A stretch of DNA of 63,957 nucleotides, filler included, from Octopus bimaculoides (lineage: Eukaryota): assembly GCF_001194135.2 (NCBI RefSeq). It is 3 parts of 3 records of this genome, joined end to end, with 100 filler letters (N's around TTAATTAATTAA, not from the genome) between each part and the next. Parts side by side here need not be neighbours in the genome. Positions count along the whole stretch, not along the records: positions 42,851 to 63,957 come from NC_068989.1; 2 more parts are not named here. One strand, written 5' to 3'. Every line of letters starts with the position of its first letter. The first letter of the stretch is position 1. The position numbers and the translations under genes were made by a program. Below are positions 49,641-61,724 of the stretch, in pieces. The notes beneath the pieces were generated by a model. That model searched no databases. It was not told where the DNA came from and saw only the letters and a program-made list of their open reading frames with translations.

Positions 49641-52600
49641 TTCTGTTATATGACTATAAATTAGGAAAGCAACATGATAAAATCTTTGTAACAAGATTTG
49701 TTCTTTGTCTTCCTTGCACCCAAGGACCCAGTGCCACTGAACTGACTCCCGTGCAGGTAGCACATAGAATATTTTTGAATATAAAGGAATATTTCAGTAG
49801 AAAATACAAAAAGATGGTGTTGGTGATGATGATGATGAAGCAAAACAGAATGAGAAAGTCTACCTTGTCCGACATACCTGTTTCATAGCTTGCAGAATTT
49901 CTCCTACATCCATAGCACCAACTTTGGCATTTGGCCAGCAGAAGACAAAATTTGGGCCAACAGCACGACCTCCCTGTGGATAGACATTCAAAATAACAGG
50001 AGAAAATCAGAGATTAACAAGGATTCAATAGAGAGCAGAACTAGAAGTGTTATTGATACATTTGTTGCATCCCTAATGTTTTTGATGTTGAAATTAAAGT
50101 TTCCTTTTATCGTATGATTTATAGCGATCAGAATAGCTGGTCACAGTTGGATTGACTCTACATTGTTGCTCCATCTGCAAGAAATACTTTCAAATCAAAT
50201 CAAGCCTACTAGCTTGCCAATCCTCAGTCAAACCATCTAACCCATGCCAGCATGGAAAACGGACGTTAAACGATGGTGATGATGATGACCTGGTCTTTGG
50301 GTACCTTTAGCAGAGTTCACATTGTTGCAAACATTTAGAACGAGTCTCTGGTTTGAGGATAACTTAGTCCTTCAGAAAAAAAACAAAGAAAGGAAGAGAG
50401 GTGTTGTATGTAGAAAGTTTAAAACAAACAAAAAAAGAAAACTAACCATTAAATAGTGGTCTTGGCCAAAAGCATTCCCGGTGATAATTGTGATTTTTGG
50501 AACAGTAGCACAGCTCACGGATGCCAACATCTGAGCATGGCTTTTGATCTTGCTGGACATGTACAGACCTGAGGTAGAAGGAGAGACGAAACAGGAAAAA
50601 ATAGTGAGATGGAGGGGTATATGGAAGATGAAAAAGGCTGAAGGGAGTAAGAGAGGGAGGTGAAGAGTATAACATAGGGAGATGGTGAAAGATATTGGAG
50701 AAGAAATTAAGAGAAGCCAGAAATAACTAGAGAGAGATGAAAGGTAGAACTGTGTGAGGAAGAGAAAGGAAGATGTAAGGTTAGGGAAAGATTACAGTAA
50801 GATTGAGTGATGAGATTTGTATTATGAATGAGAAAGATGGAGAGAAAGAATTAGTTGAGACAAAGAGAAAGAAAATAGCAGATTCAGACAAGTGTACATA
50901 ACAGTAAAGTGTGTGTGTGTGTACGTGTGAGAGAGAAAGAGAGGGAGAGAGAGAGAGAAACAACAGCTATAACAGTTCCTCTGCCACTCTAAAACTTATA
51001 GAATGGTTCTGAACAGGTTGAAAAATTATTTAATCCTCTATCATGCATTTGCTATTTTAATATAAGAGCAACCAGCTCTTGGTAGCCATGAACGACAGTT
51101 CAATATACAGAGCTGATGAAGCGCAATGACACAGAAATTCATGTCCTAAGGCCTGGTAATGTAATTGAAGGCCTAGTCGTGTGTTTATGTCTATAAAAAG
51201 AATTTCTTCTCTCAAGGCCACTTGTGCAGCATATTGCCTTTCTGTGTCCAAATGCACATGAACATTTTAAATACAACAGTCCATAACTACATTTAAAAAG
51301 ACAAGAATAAGATGTGGGGCAGTTTTTGAGACTTACTGTATTCTCCTGAGGGTGGTGTTTGTCCTAATGATGTCAAGGATGAAGTGTTTTGCAGGAATAC
51401 AAGTGGAATGTCTCTTTCACAGCACAACTGAACAAAATGACACCCTTTGGTTGCAGCAGTGTCTGATAATTCACCATTGCTGGCTATAATACCAACTAAA
51501 TGACTGTAAAAGACAATTAAAAAAATACAATTGAAAGGAAAATTATAGTTGCTAATAAATTATAGAATTCTTTAGAATAAATGTACAGAAAAATAGGCAT
51601 AAAGAGCTTGTTGATATTGCAAGATGGGAGCTAAATTTTGACTGAAAGTTATACATTAGACTCATTTTTTATTTACTTCTAAGCCCTTCACTTCCTAAGG
51701 AATATAGGCCATCATTGACTCTTCTTCACTGTTCTTGACTCTGGGCTGTCTTTTCGGGGTTCATCCCTCAGTATAAGGGACACCCATGTTGCTTTGAGAG
51801 AAAGCCTTCCTCTCCCAGGTTTTATTGGTTCTGAATTATCATTGATGCTTCTGTAACTTTGCTTTTTGGCTAAGTAGGTGTGTTGGCCCTATGCAAGCCC
51901 TGTTTGTAATTCCCTGTGGACCAGTGGACCCTGTAAGTTTCATAATCAGTTTTGGATGCCGGTAGCACAGGGCTTGAAATTTTTGAGCATTAAACTGCAT
52001 ATTATTATGCTCAGCCCTTCTATAAATTGAGTCCAACGCCTGCTGCAGATGATGCTTTTTTGGAGCTGGATTTTTTATGGAGAGCATGCCTTTGCTTACC
52101 CCCAACCTCAGTTCCTAGATATGAGTGGTCCCAAGACCAAGGCCTCTCCCATGATTTTTAAGAAATATGGTGGAAAACTAGCTCAGGAAAGCAGGGATGC
52201 TACTCCCTGAAACCCTTTTCAGAGACTCCCTACCTACAGTAGGTGTAATATTTGAAAGACACTCCAGTCATGATGACTAACTAAAGATATCTCAGAAAAA
52301 TACAGGTGTTGCAGAAATATGATAGATTATCCTTTTGGTCCTAAAAAAGAGACCATGGGCGCTAATGGATTCAACTTGCATCTATTTTATTCATAAAGCA
52401 CTATTTGGCCAAACTATGGAAAAGATATTTGCTTAATGTAGCATAGGGTGGGATCAAATCTGAAACCATGTAGTTGTAAAACATCTTAACCACAAAGCCA
52501 TATATGGACACAAAAAAGAAAAAAGAATTAGAAAAGTCTTTTGTAGATGAAATTTTTATTTAGCACTCACCTGTTAATATGTGAAAAACCTGTTACCAGA

Positions 52601-55600
52601 CCGGCACCATATCTTTTTTTGAATTCTTGGAATCGGCTGTCATCAGTGATTCTGGCTATGATCTGATAGAAAAAAAAAAATAGAAATAGAACCTGCCACT
52701 GCTCATTGACTTGCCAGCACTCCTCAAACTGTCCAACCCATGCCAGCACTGAAAGTGGACGTTAAATAATAACTATTTCTTTATTGCCCACAATGGGGCT
52801 AAACGTAGAGGGGACAAACAAGGACAGACAAAGGGATTAAGTCGATTACATCGACCCCAGTGCGTAACTGGTACTTAATTTATCGACCCCGAAAGGATGA
52901 AAGGCAAAGTCGATCTTGGCGGAATTTGAACTCAGAATGTAATGGCAGACGAAATACCACTAAGCATTTCGCCCAGCGTGCTGACACTTCTGCCAGCTCG
53001 CCGTTAAATGACAACGGCTGACTTACTTTATAAGGGTCCATCACTTGTTGGTTTTCTTCTGGTATCAACCCTAAGAGTTCTGACGGATCATAGTAAGGTG
53101 GTGGCGAAACGGAGGCGTTTTCACACGGGGCCAGGTTCAGGGTGGCCACAATTTCCCTCGTTATGCTGAATGCTTCGTCTTCAGTGTCTGCATAATGGTC
53201 ACTACAACCGCTCATGCTGCCAAAATATTAAACGTCAATGATTTCAGACATTCTCTGAGAATAGGATGACCATGTCAGCTATCAGAAATTGAACATAATG
53301 GGGTCATCTGTAAGAATGTTAAACATTGCAAACCCATACATGCTAATTATGAATTGTGAACCCATCCATGTGAAACCATCCATGCTAATTATGAATTGTG
53401 AACCCATCCATGTGAACCCATCCATACCCTTATGCCAGTGGCACATAAAAACACCCACTACACTCTTGGATTGGTTGGCGTTAGGAAAGGCGTCCAGCTG
53501 TAGAAACTTTGCCAGATCAGATTGGGGCCTGGTACAGCCTTCTTGCTCGGCAGCCCTGTCAAATCGTTCAACACATGCCAGCATGGAAAGTGGACGTTAA
53601 ACGACGATGATGATGATGATATATATATATAAAAATACTATATTCTTAAACAATATTTTTGGCAGTGACTTCAGAGTTTCGGCAAGTTAACTCGTCTTTG
53701 GACTGCAATCTGACAATGACCTAACTGACCTAAACTTCGAAGTCACTCTCAATAATATTCTTGTTTAAGTGTCTAAGAATAATAATCTTGCCTTTGATAT
53801 CTTTTCCTTATCTTCCCAACTTACAGGAACATGAATATAAGAGAAGTTGTCCAGAAGATTGGACAGGGTCTATGGGTTGGTAAGTTAACGAGGAATTAAA
53901 TCAGAAATCAGTTCCAATGTTTTGGATGTTCCTGACATAATAAAATCTTTACCTTGAATGTAGAGCTGCTCCACCTAACTCCTCAGCAGAGACAATTTCT
54001 CCAAGAGCTGCCTTCACTAAAGGAGGGCCTCCAAGGAAAATAGCACCGATTCTCTTAACAATGACCACCTCGTTGGACATAGTTGGCATGTATGCACCAC
54101 CTGCAGTACAATGGCCAAGCACAACTGAAATCTGAAAGTAGGGGAAAAGAACAAATGACAAATTATACAAGTGACATCCCTACCACCACCACCACCACCG
54201 CCTCCTCCTCCTCTAGCTGCTAGATTCAATTCTTCTGCTATATTGTTTCTGACGTTCATTGAAATTTTGTTTATACTTCCTGCGCTGAAGAGTACATCGA
54301 TATATAATTAATTAATTAATTTAATTTAATTTAATTCAATTCAATCATGAATTTGCTTTATTTTTACATCTCTGTACAAAACGATTGTCTGCATGAATTA
54401 AAATTCTCTTATATATTTTAACAACTTGTCTTCTCCATTTTAAACTAAATTGATGAGTTTTACGGGACTTCATTCCATAAATTCACCATATATTACATAC
54501 AAGTACTACTTTCATATCTTCGCAAACTTACGCCTGTAAACTCCCAGCAAAATATGAAGAATCAGTATTAGAAATCGTTTTTAGAAACCTCCAAATTAAA
54601 GGACGAATCTATATTCAACCTTTCTACACCTATATATATTTGTATTATTTACCTGAGGTATATTCTGTGATGCCATGTTGGCAATATTATAAAAGACTCG
54701 ACCACCTTGTTCTTTATCAGGGAATATTTCAGACTGAAAAATGTAAAAAGAGAAAAACAAGGAAAGAATTGAACATCTCCTAAAATAATAATGAGTGTAA
54801 TGTTTTTATATATTTGTATATATTCTTCTCCTCTCCCCTTCACCATTCCCTCTCTCTCTCTCTCTTCCTCTTTGAGTCTCTCGTTGCTCACACGTGACCA
54901 ACGACTATCCATCTTTCTTTCTTCCACTTTCTTCCTAAAGACAAGAGGTGCTTTTGCCTGTCTCTTCTCAAAGCTCGTTTTTCCAGTATTCACCATTTCA
55001 CATCATCTTGGCTTAACAGCCCTCACCGTTTTTTTTTCCCCCTTTCTGTACCCTTTTTATATATAAACTACTACAATTTGCCATCATTTTTGATGGCACG
55101 GGGTCAGCTAGTTGAAAATCGAAACAAACGGTCAAAGCATCGTGACGCGTAATCACGGGGATGTGAGTTCGAGTCCACAGCTAGCCACCTACATTTTTCT
55201 CTGCAAAATAGGGATAGTTCATCCTGTTCAGGCTATATTATTAGCATTATTCTGCGATTGAGAATTTAAAAAATCACTTCTTTAACTTTCTAAGACATCT
55301 TAACGTTTCTAAAAGCAAACTTTGTTTGTTTATTTACATTTATCGTAATAATGACAAAAAAAAAAAAGAAAAAAACAAACTGTATTCAAACAATTCGATT
55401 ATTATTTAAACAATACCACAGTATCACAGTATTGACCAATGGTCAATGACCAGGCCATCAGATGTTGTTATACACCGCTGGTCACGATGCACTTCCAATT
55501 GTCATGATTGCACCGTTTTTTTTTTTCCATCTTGACCCAAATTGCTTAATTAGATTGTCTTCCCATCATTTAAGCTTAATTAGATTGTCTTCTCATCATT

Positions 55601-58471
55601 TAAGTCCAGCAGATTTTAGAAGTTATTCGGCAACTCACCTGCAGTGGTAGAAAAGCACCACCAGAATCAACCAGGTAGATGCAAGGGAGACGATTCTGCA
55701 AGGCAATTTCCTGCAGTCTCAGCTGTTTCTTCACGCTAATAGGGAATATGCTGCCACCTTTGACTGTGGCATCGTTGGCCAACACTAAACATTCAATGCC
55801 ATGGACACGACCAATGCCTGAAATTAAAGAGGATCCACTTTATCATCATCATCATCGTCATTATCGTCATCATCATTACCACCACCACCAACAACAACAC
55901 CATCGTCGCTGTCGTCAAAGTTTAGTGCAACAACAGAGGCGAGAAAATAAGTGATGAAGGATGGCATCTATTATAACCATGCGCTGACCAATACCTGATG
56001 AGTGAATTTGACACACGAAAATTGTAGAGAGGCATCCAGCCATAGAAACCAAGACAAAACAGACAATTAAGAGTCTGGTGCAGGTCTCTGGCTTGCCAGT
56101 GCCTGTCAAATCATCCAACAAATGCCACCATGGAATACAAACATTAAATAATGGTGAGGATGACATAAGATTGAAAAAATGACAAAGAAAGGGGTAATTA
56201 TGCAATGGGCTTCATTACTTTACAACTAACTGTTTCTACTATAAGGGGCATTGCACTCAGAGCATTACTTTAGAGCAGAAACAGCTGTAAGCTATTGGAG
56301 TTAATTTCATAATTTCTTGTCTCTCTGTCATTTATTTAATTTCTTATTCCTGCTCTGTGCTACACGGACGCTTTCTTCCAAAGCATTTGTGTATTTATTG
56401 AGTTTTAACACCATGTTATTAGTGACGCTATATCTAAACGAAATATTAGAATACATACATGTGAGGCGTGACTGTGTGGTAAGAAGCTTGCTTCCCAACC
56501 ACATGGTTCTTAGTTCAGTCCCACTGCGTGGCCCCCTGGGCAACTGTCTTCTACTATATCCTCGGGCCGACCAAAGCATTGTACGTGGATTTGATGAACG
56601 GAAAATGAAAGAAGTCTGTCGTTATATTTAGGTATATATTTATGTGTGTGTGTGTGTGTCTTTGTGTCTGTGTTTGTTCCCCCCACCGTCGCTTGACGAC
56701 CGATGTTGGTGTGTTTACGTCCCCGTAATTAGCGGTTCGGCAAAAGAGACCGATAGAGTAAGTATCAGTCTTACAAAGAATAAGTCATTGGGTCAATTTG
56801 TTCGACTAAAATGCAGTGCTCCAGCATGGCCGCAGTCAAATGCCTGAAACAAGTAAAAGAATGTATGTACACACACACACGGCATATGTTCTGCACGCAA
56901 ACCGAGCAGACCAATCCAATTATCTCCCTTGCATGCTGTACTTTAACATCGGTCAAGAACCGAAGGCGTTTACGAAAGCGATGACATAATAATTATAAAT
57001 TGCTTTGAAGAATTAAAAGTACTCGTGTGTACTTTTTTCCTTTTTTGGCCAGTTGTCTTGTATGGGACAGAAACTTGGATAATGGACAGAGTAATCGTAG
57101 GTCTTTTCAGTGAGCGTTGATCAGACGAAACAAACAAGCCTCTTTATAGCTGATCGATCTGCTAAAAATAGCAAGCATAACCTATCAACTTAAAAGTACA
57201 AATGAGAAATAACTACATATGACAGGATGGACATAACCGGAACGTCCTTTTTTTAAAAAAATTGCATATGGTCTATAGCCATCTCCTAGGTTAGATTTCC
57301 GACGGTCAATAACTGGGACACTGCCTGACAGTGTCTGTACGACTCGGAAAAAATACATACAGGGTATTATTGTTGGAAAACACCGGTTCTTCCAATTCCT
57401 CGCCAATATTTACATCTTTCCGTAAACATTACATTCATACAGGTACAAATGGTGTGTATATATATTGGTATATATGTGCATATGTAGGAGTGTGTATGCG
57501 AAGGTTTGTACTGCGGTTTCCGTCTACCAAATTCTATTTACAAAGCAATTATGGTACTTGCTGCCCTGCTGGGTCCTAATTGCTGAGTGAACTTGCTAAT
57601 TGAAAGCAATTAAAGCATGTGACCGTAGGTCTATTTGTCAAAGACTAACATGGAGCTTAAATAGCAGTAACATGCAGTAAGAAAGTCAACGAGGAAACCA
57701 CCACGCTGTTGCTTGATCTGCTAGAAATAACAGTCAAATCTCACTTAAATCTCATCCTGCCTTTTCAAATAGAATGGACATTAGACACTGATTAGACATA
57801 ATTACATCTGGAAAAAATCATTAGAATGGTGTTCGTGTAGCTATTCCCAAACACAGCTCGTTGATCACATGTCTGCTTAACCAGAATTGACCTACACAGA
57901 GTAACAAGGATGACACACGTCCATACACATTTACAAAAAATATAAAACAAAAAGAAATTCGGTTTATTTCACCTGATAGAATTCCAGCTTGGGGTATACT
58001 TCCATATTCCATTCCCATCCCAGCTATCTGCAATAATTCAAAGAAGGAAGAATCGTCATCTAGTACTTGTTTAACTCTTTCTCTGGCCAAAAGTTTCCTG
58101 TGGAATTTGGTGTGTCTCTCGACAGAGCGGCTTCCACCTCCAGCCAGAGATTCGTTGAGCAAATGTTTATATTCGCTGACCAAACGTTCTGTTTGTTTTC
58201 TGTTCTTTTGGAAGACATCCTGGCCACGATCTATCGTAACGTTTTGAAGGCGTGGAAATACTTGAGACTTTGATCCTCTGCTCGTTACATCGGCATCTGA
58301 CTGCTGGCATGTTATATTGCTGGTTTTAAAATTAGATGTAGTGTTAACTGATCGTTTAGAAAGTAAATGCTGGCGACTGACAGCTAGAAATTCACGATTC
58401 GTTTGAAATTGTAAGATGCATCGATTAATTTGATGGTGTTTTAAAAATGAGAACGACGGAAAAGCTTTCAT
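48667..58471 (-). CDS. MCCC2-like: Methylcrotonoyl-CoA carboxylase beta chain-like carboxyltransferase (divergent paralogue), mitochondrial; 11 coding exons, 600 aa
   Basis: Exons 57973-58471, 55639-55817, 54653-54733, 53953-54131, 53027-53216, 52571-52662, 51337-51503, 50447-50568, 49878-49973, 49416-49541 and 48667-48738 sum to 1803 nt. All introns are GT-AG and phases are consistent. Motifs: [65 protein letters not shown]-terminal LRM*. The N-terminus is presequence-like. Confidence 0.9.
49416..49541 (-). CDS. MCC-beta-like exon 10
   Basis: DVNMDEE...[23 protein letters not shown]. Confidence 0.88.
49878..49973 (-). CDS. MCC-beta-like exon 9
   Basis: [32 protein letters not shown]; GTATGT donor. 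Confidence 0.88.
50447..50568 (-). CDS. MCC-beta-like exon 8
   Basis: [40 protein letters not shown]; GTTAGT donor. Confidence 0.88.
51337..51503 (-). CDS. MCC-beta-like exon 7
   Basis: [55 protein letters not shown]; GTAAGT donor. Confidence 0.88.
51900..52070 (-). mobile_element. CR1/L2-like LINE RT C-terminal relic in intron 6
   Basis: [30 protein letters not shown] matches the LQxxLDxIYxWAxxNNMxFNxxKF motif of CR1/L2-group RTs. Confidence 0.6.
52571..52662 (-). CDS. MCC-beta-like exon 6
   Basis: [30 protein letters not shown]; GTGAGT donor. Confidence 0.9.
52775..53004 (-). mobile_element. tRNA-derived SINE, family B, filling most of intron 5
   Basis: Full-length, little-diverged copy beginning about 22 nt after the exon 5 donor. 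Confidence 0.85.
53027..53216 (-). CDS. MCC-beta-like exon 5
   Basis: [16 protein letters not shown]...[15 protein letters not shown]; GTAAGT donor. Confidence 0.9.
53953..54131 (-). CDS. MCC-beta-like exon 4
   Basis: [19 protein letters not shown]...[26 protein letters not shown]. Confidence 0.92.
54653..54733 (-). CDS. MCC-beta-like exon 3
   Basis: [27 protein letters not shown] (found manually); TTTCAG acceptor, GTAAAT donor. Confidence 0.9.
55639..55817 (-). CDS. MCC-beta-like exon 2
   Basis: [22 protein letters not shown]...[11 protein letters not shown]; TTTCAG acceptor, GTGAGT donor. Confidence 0.92.
56463..56860 (+). mobile_element. tRNA-derived SINE, family D, in intron 1
   Basis: Homologous to 45494-45930. 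Confidence 0.8.
57973..58471 (-). CDS. MCC-beta-like exon 1
   Basis: MKAFPSF...[38 protein letters not shown]; donor CAG|GTGAAA. Confidence 0.85.
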
Positions 58472-58767
58472 AATCCTTAATAATTATTATCGAAATGTTT
58501 TAGGAACGGTTTTCTGCTTGAGAAGGGAGATAAATCTAGTGAATTCTATTTGTAAGTCTACAGATAAAACCTGACTGCAGTATTAATTGGCAAAAATAAA
58601 TAGATAAACAGCATGAATTGTTTCTGTAAAGGTGACAAGGCTTTAGATTTGGGCCAGGGAGGACATTAGTCAGATGTATTTATCTTAGTACTTCTACTTT
58701 GTTTTTTGGCTACGAAAGAATGAAAGGCGAAGTGGCATACCTACACAAATGTGCACACGCCTCCCGA

Positions 58768-59415
58768 CTTTGTTTCCTCATGCCTTTCAGAAAGATGGAT
58801 ATTTTTATAATGAAACTTTAGACGGTGTAAATTACGATTATATCGGAATCTAAGGGAACATTTATTTCTGTTTTTCCAAGGGTGGGGTGAGAAGTTTCAG
58901 AAAATTCACTCAAATCGGCTTTGTTTCCTCATCTCTTCCAGAAAATAGGTATTTTCTAATGAAATTTTCTCCAAATACGCTTTCAGAGTGTCTAAATTAC
59001 AATTATATCAAAATTTAATTTGAAAATAAAAAAATAAAAAAATTGGTGGACTCGTACACATACATGCTGATATGCACCACAATTGTTTTTTGCAAATTTC
59101 AAGTTTTTTTTCGTAGATATACGTGATGTTGTGTGAGCCCACCAATTTCTAGTTTTTGTCATATTAAATTCCATTATAATCGCAATCTACACACTCTGGA
59201 AGATATTTTTAGTAAATTTCATAAAAATTTATGAATTTTTCTGGAAGTTATGAAGAAACAAAGGTAATTCGTGTAAATTTTCAGAAATTCCTCACCCCAC
59301 GCTCGGAAAACATTTTTCATCTCAAATTCTAATATAATCGGATTGTGCACCATCTGAAGCGTATTTGTAGGAAATTTCATTTAGAAATATCTATTTTTCT
59401 GGAAATTATGAGGCA
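58768..59415. repeat. Foldback element whose arms each contain two ~150-bp subrepeats
   Basis: tttgtttcctcat...cagaaa.at...aatgaaa occurs twice on the left (58768, 58920) and inverted twice on the right. Inner inverted pair: aattggtggactc / gagcccaccaatt. Confidence 0.75.
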
Positions 59416-59634
59416 AGAGGGTGGCAGAACAGAGAGTAATGAAAGAGAAGCTGTAGTGGCAGGCAGAGTAATAGTGTGAGAGAGTAATTTATGTGAGTAA
59501 TAGTGTGAGAGAGTGATTTATGTGAGTGATGTGTAACCTGAGGAAGTGAGTGATGACTAGCAGTACAAAAGGGTGATGTTTGGTGGTAAAAGAGAAAGTA
59601 GGTGGTGGGTAGTTGTAGGGAGAGTCAGTGTTAA

Positions 59635-60040
59635 TGGAGGCGCAATGGCCCGGTGGTTAGGGCAGCGGACTTGTGGTCATAGGATCGCGGTTTCGATTCC
59701 CAGACCGGGCGTTGTGAGTGTTTATTGAGCGAAAAACACCTCAAAGCTCCACGAGGCTCCCGCAGGGGATGGCGGCGAACCCTGCTGTACTCTTTCACCA
59801 CAACTTTCTCTCACTCTTACTTCCTGTTTTCTGTTGTGCCTGTAATTCAAAGGGTCAGCCTTGTCACACTCTGTGTCACGCTGCATATCCCCCGAGAACT
59901 ACGTTAAGGGTACACGTGTCTGTGGAGTGCTCAGTCACTTGCACGTTAATTTCACAAGCAGCAGGCTGTTCCGTTGAACGGATCAACTGGAACCCTCGAC
60001 GTCGGAAGCGACGGAGTGCCAACAACAACAACACACACAA
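59635..60040 (+). mobile_element. tRNA-derived SINE, family A, copy 3
   Basis: Full length with an (AAC)n/(AC)n tail. TSD gtca[g/a]tgttaatggag overlaps the element's 5' TGGAG. Confidence 0.9.
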
Positions 60041-60800
60041 GTCAATGTTAATGGAGAGTGATCGATGTTAAGTGACCTGGTGGAGAGGAAGGGAGATAAG
60101 CCATTAGCTAAGTGGTAGATGTTTTAGAACAGCCATTGTTGATTTGACACTAGACATTTTGTTTCTCTCTGTCCCTCTGTGAACAGCAAGCTATGTTTGT
60201 ATCAGGCACATACCATTAGTAATTACTCAGGGTAGGCAGTTGGTGACCTTTATGTAGTAAGACACACAATTTCTTCTTACTGGTTGCATACCCATGACCT
60301 TTTGCACATTCCATCTGCTAATTATGAACATTACAATCATGACATAATTCTGAGGTTCCAGAAACAGATGTCGGGATAAAAATATCTGCATTCTCTCCTG
60401 AGTATTCCGTAACTTTTATGTTTCATGTAAATATATTTGCATTGTCTTCTGTTTTTGGAGTGACTTACCTTGCTTGATATATGGCTGAAATTTGGATCCC
60501 ATGTGGTTCAATCCCGCTGTGCAACACCTTGGGCAAATGTCTTCTACTACAGCCTCAGGCTGACCAGAGCTTTGGAAGGCAGAAACTAGAAGACCATTGT
60601 GAGTACATGTGTGTATGAAATGCTCATGTCTTCAAACCAGAAATTGTGTAAGGACTAAATTTAAGTACCCTTAGTAATTGTCCCCATTTGTATGTTGCTG
60701 AGTTGAAAAGGTTTTCGCAATAGTAAAGAAAATAGCAGTTAGTGATTATAGATTGTTTTATGCACACTGAGCAGTGATCTAAAACAGTGACTTAACATAA

Positions 60801-61172
60801 TACAGTTCTATATTTAAGAGATGAGGAATTATGTACATTATTTACATTTGACGGATATTTGTCTTCATCTTGTTTGTTGTTAACACAATGTTTTGGCTGA
60901 TATACCCTCCAACCTTCATCAGGTGCCCACGGGCATATGGCGTAGTGGTTAAGAGTCCGGACTACTAACCTCAAGATTCCGAGTTCGATTCCAGGCAGTG
61001 ACCTGAATAATATTAATAATAATAATAATATTGAAAAATACCTTAGGAATGAGAACCCAGGTTCGAAATTTCCCCAAGACACCTGATGAAGGCTGGAGGG
61101 TACATCAGCCGAAACTTTGTGTTAACAACAAACAAGATGAAGACAAATATTCATCAAATGTGAATAATGTAA
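60801..61172 (+). mobile_element. tRNA-headed SINE-like element with a minimal type I hammerhead ribozyme, preceded by an inverted copy of its own 3' end
   Basis: A box TGGCGTAGTGG (60938-60948) and B box GTTCGATTC (~60983-60991). Hammerhead layout at 61078-61122. 60801-60925 is the reverse complement of the 3' part. Confidence 0.75.
61078..61122 (+). ncRNA. Minimal hammerhead ribozyme motif (probably decayed copy)
   Basis: ACAC-CTGATGA-A-GGCTG(gagggtacat)CAGCC-GAAA-C-TTT-GTGT: core boxes, a 5-bp stem II and a 4-bp stem I (ACAC/GTGT). Confidence 0.65.
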
Positions 61173-61724
61173 ATAGTGTCTTAACATATTTATCTTAACA
61201 TGTTTCTGCAGATTAAGGGCAGCAAGCTGTCAGAATTGTTAGCATTCCAGGCTAAGTGACATTTTGTCCTTCTGCATGCACTGAGATCAAATTCCATTGA
61301 GGTCAATTTTGCTTTTCATCTTTTCGGAGTCAATAAAATACATGTCAGTTGAGAACAGGGATTCATAAAACTGACTCACTCCCTATTCCTGAAATTGCTG
61401 GCCTTGTGCCAAAATTTGAAACCCTTATGTTTCAGCAGATTAGGGTGGTGAGCTGGCAGAATTGTTAGCACAATGGATAAAGAAGTGCTCAACAGCATTT
61501 CATCTGTATGTTGTGAGTTCAAATTCCGTTAAGGCTGACTTTACCTTCCATCTTTTGTGGTCACCATCATCATCATCATTTAATATCCGTTGTCCATGCT
61601 GGCATGGGTTCGACGGTTTGAGGAGAGCTGGGGAGCTGTACCAGACCTCAGTGCGATTTGGCATGATTTCTATGGCTGGATGCCCTTCCTAATGCCAACC
61701 ACTTTTACATGACACTGCACAAGT

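Noticed and set aside
57821-57972. ORF continuation of MCC-beta-like exon 1 (EINRISFCF...)
   Set aside because: Homology stops at the CAG|GTGAAA donor and resumes in frame in exon 2; this is intron read-through.
60931-61005. Possible tRNA gene; likewise the SINE heads at 59635, 45494 and 55125
   Set aside because: A and B boxes are present, but the cloverleaf/acceptor stem is imperfect and each continues into repeat body: SINE heads, not tRNAs.
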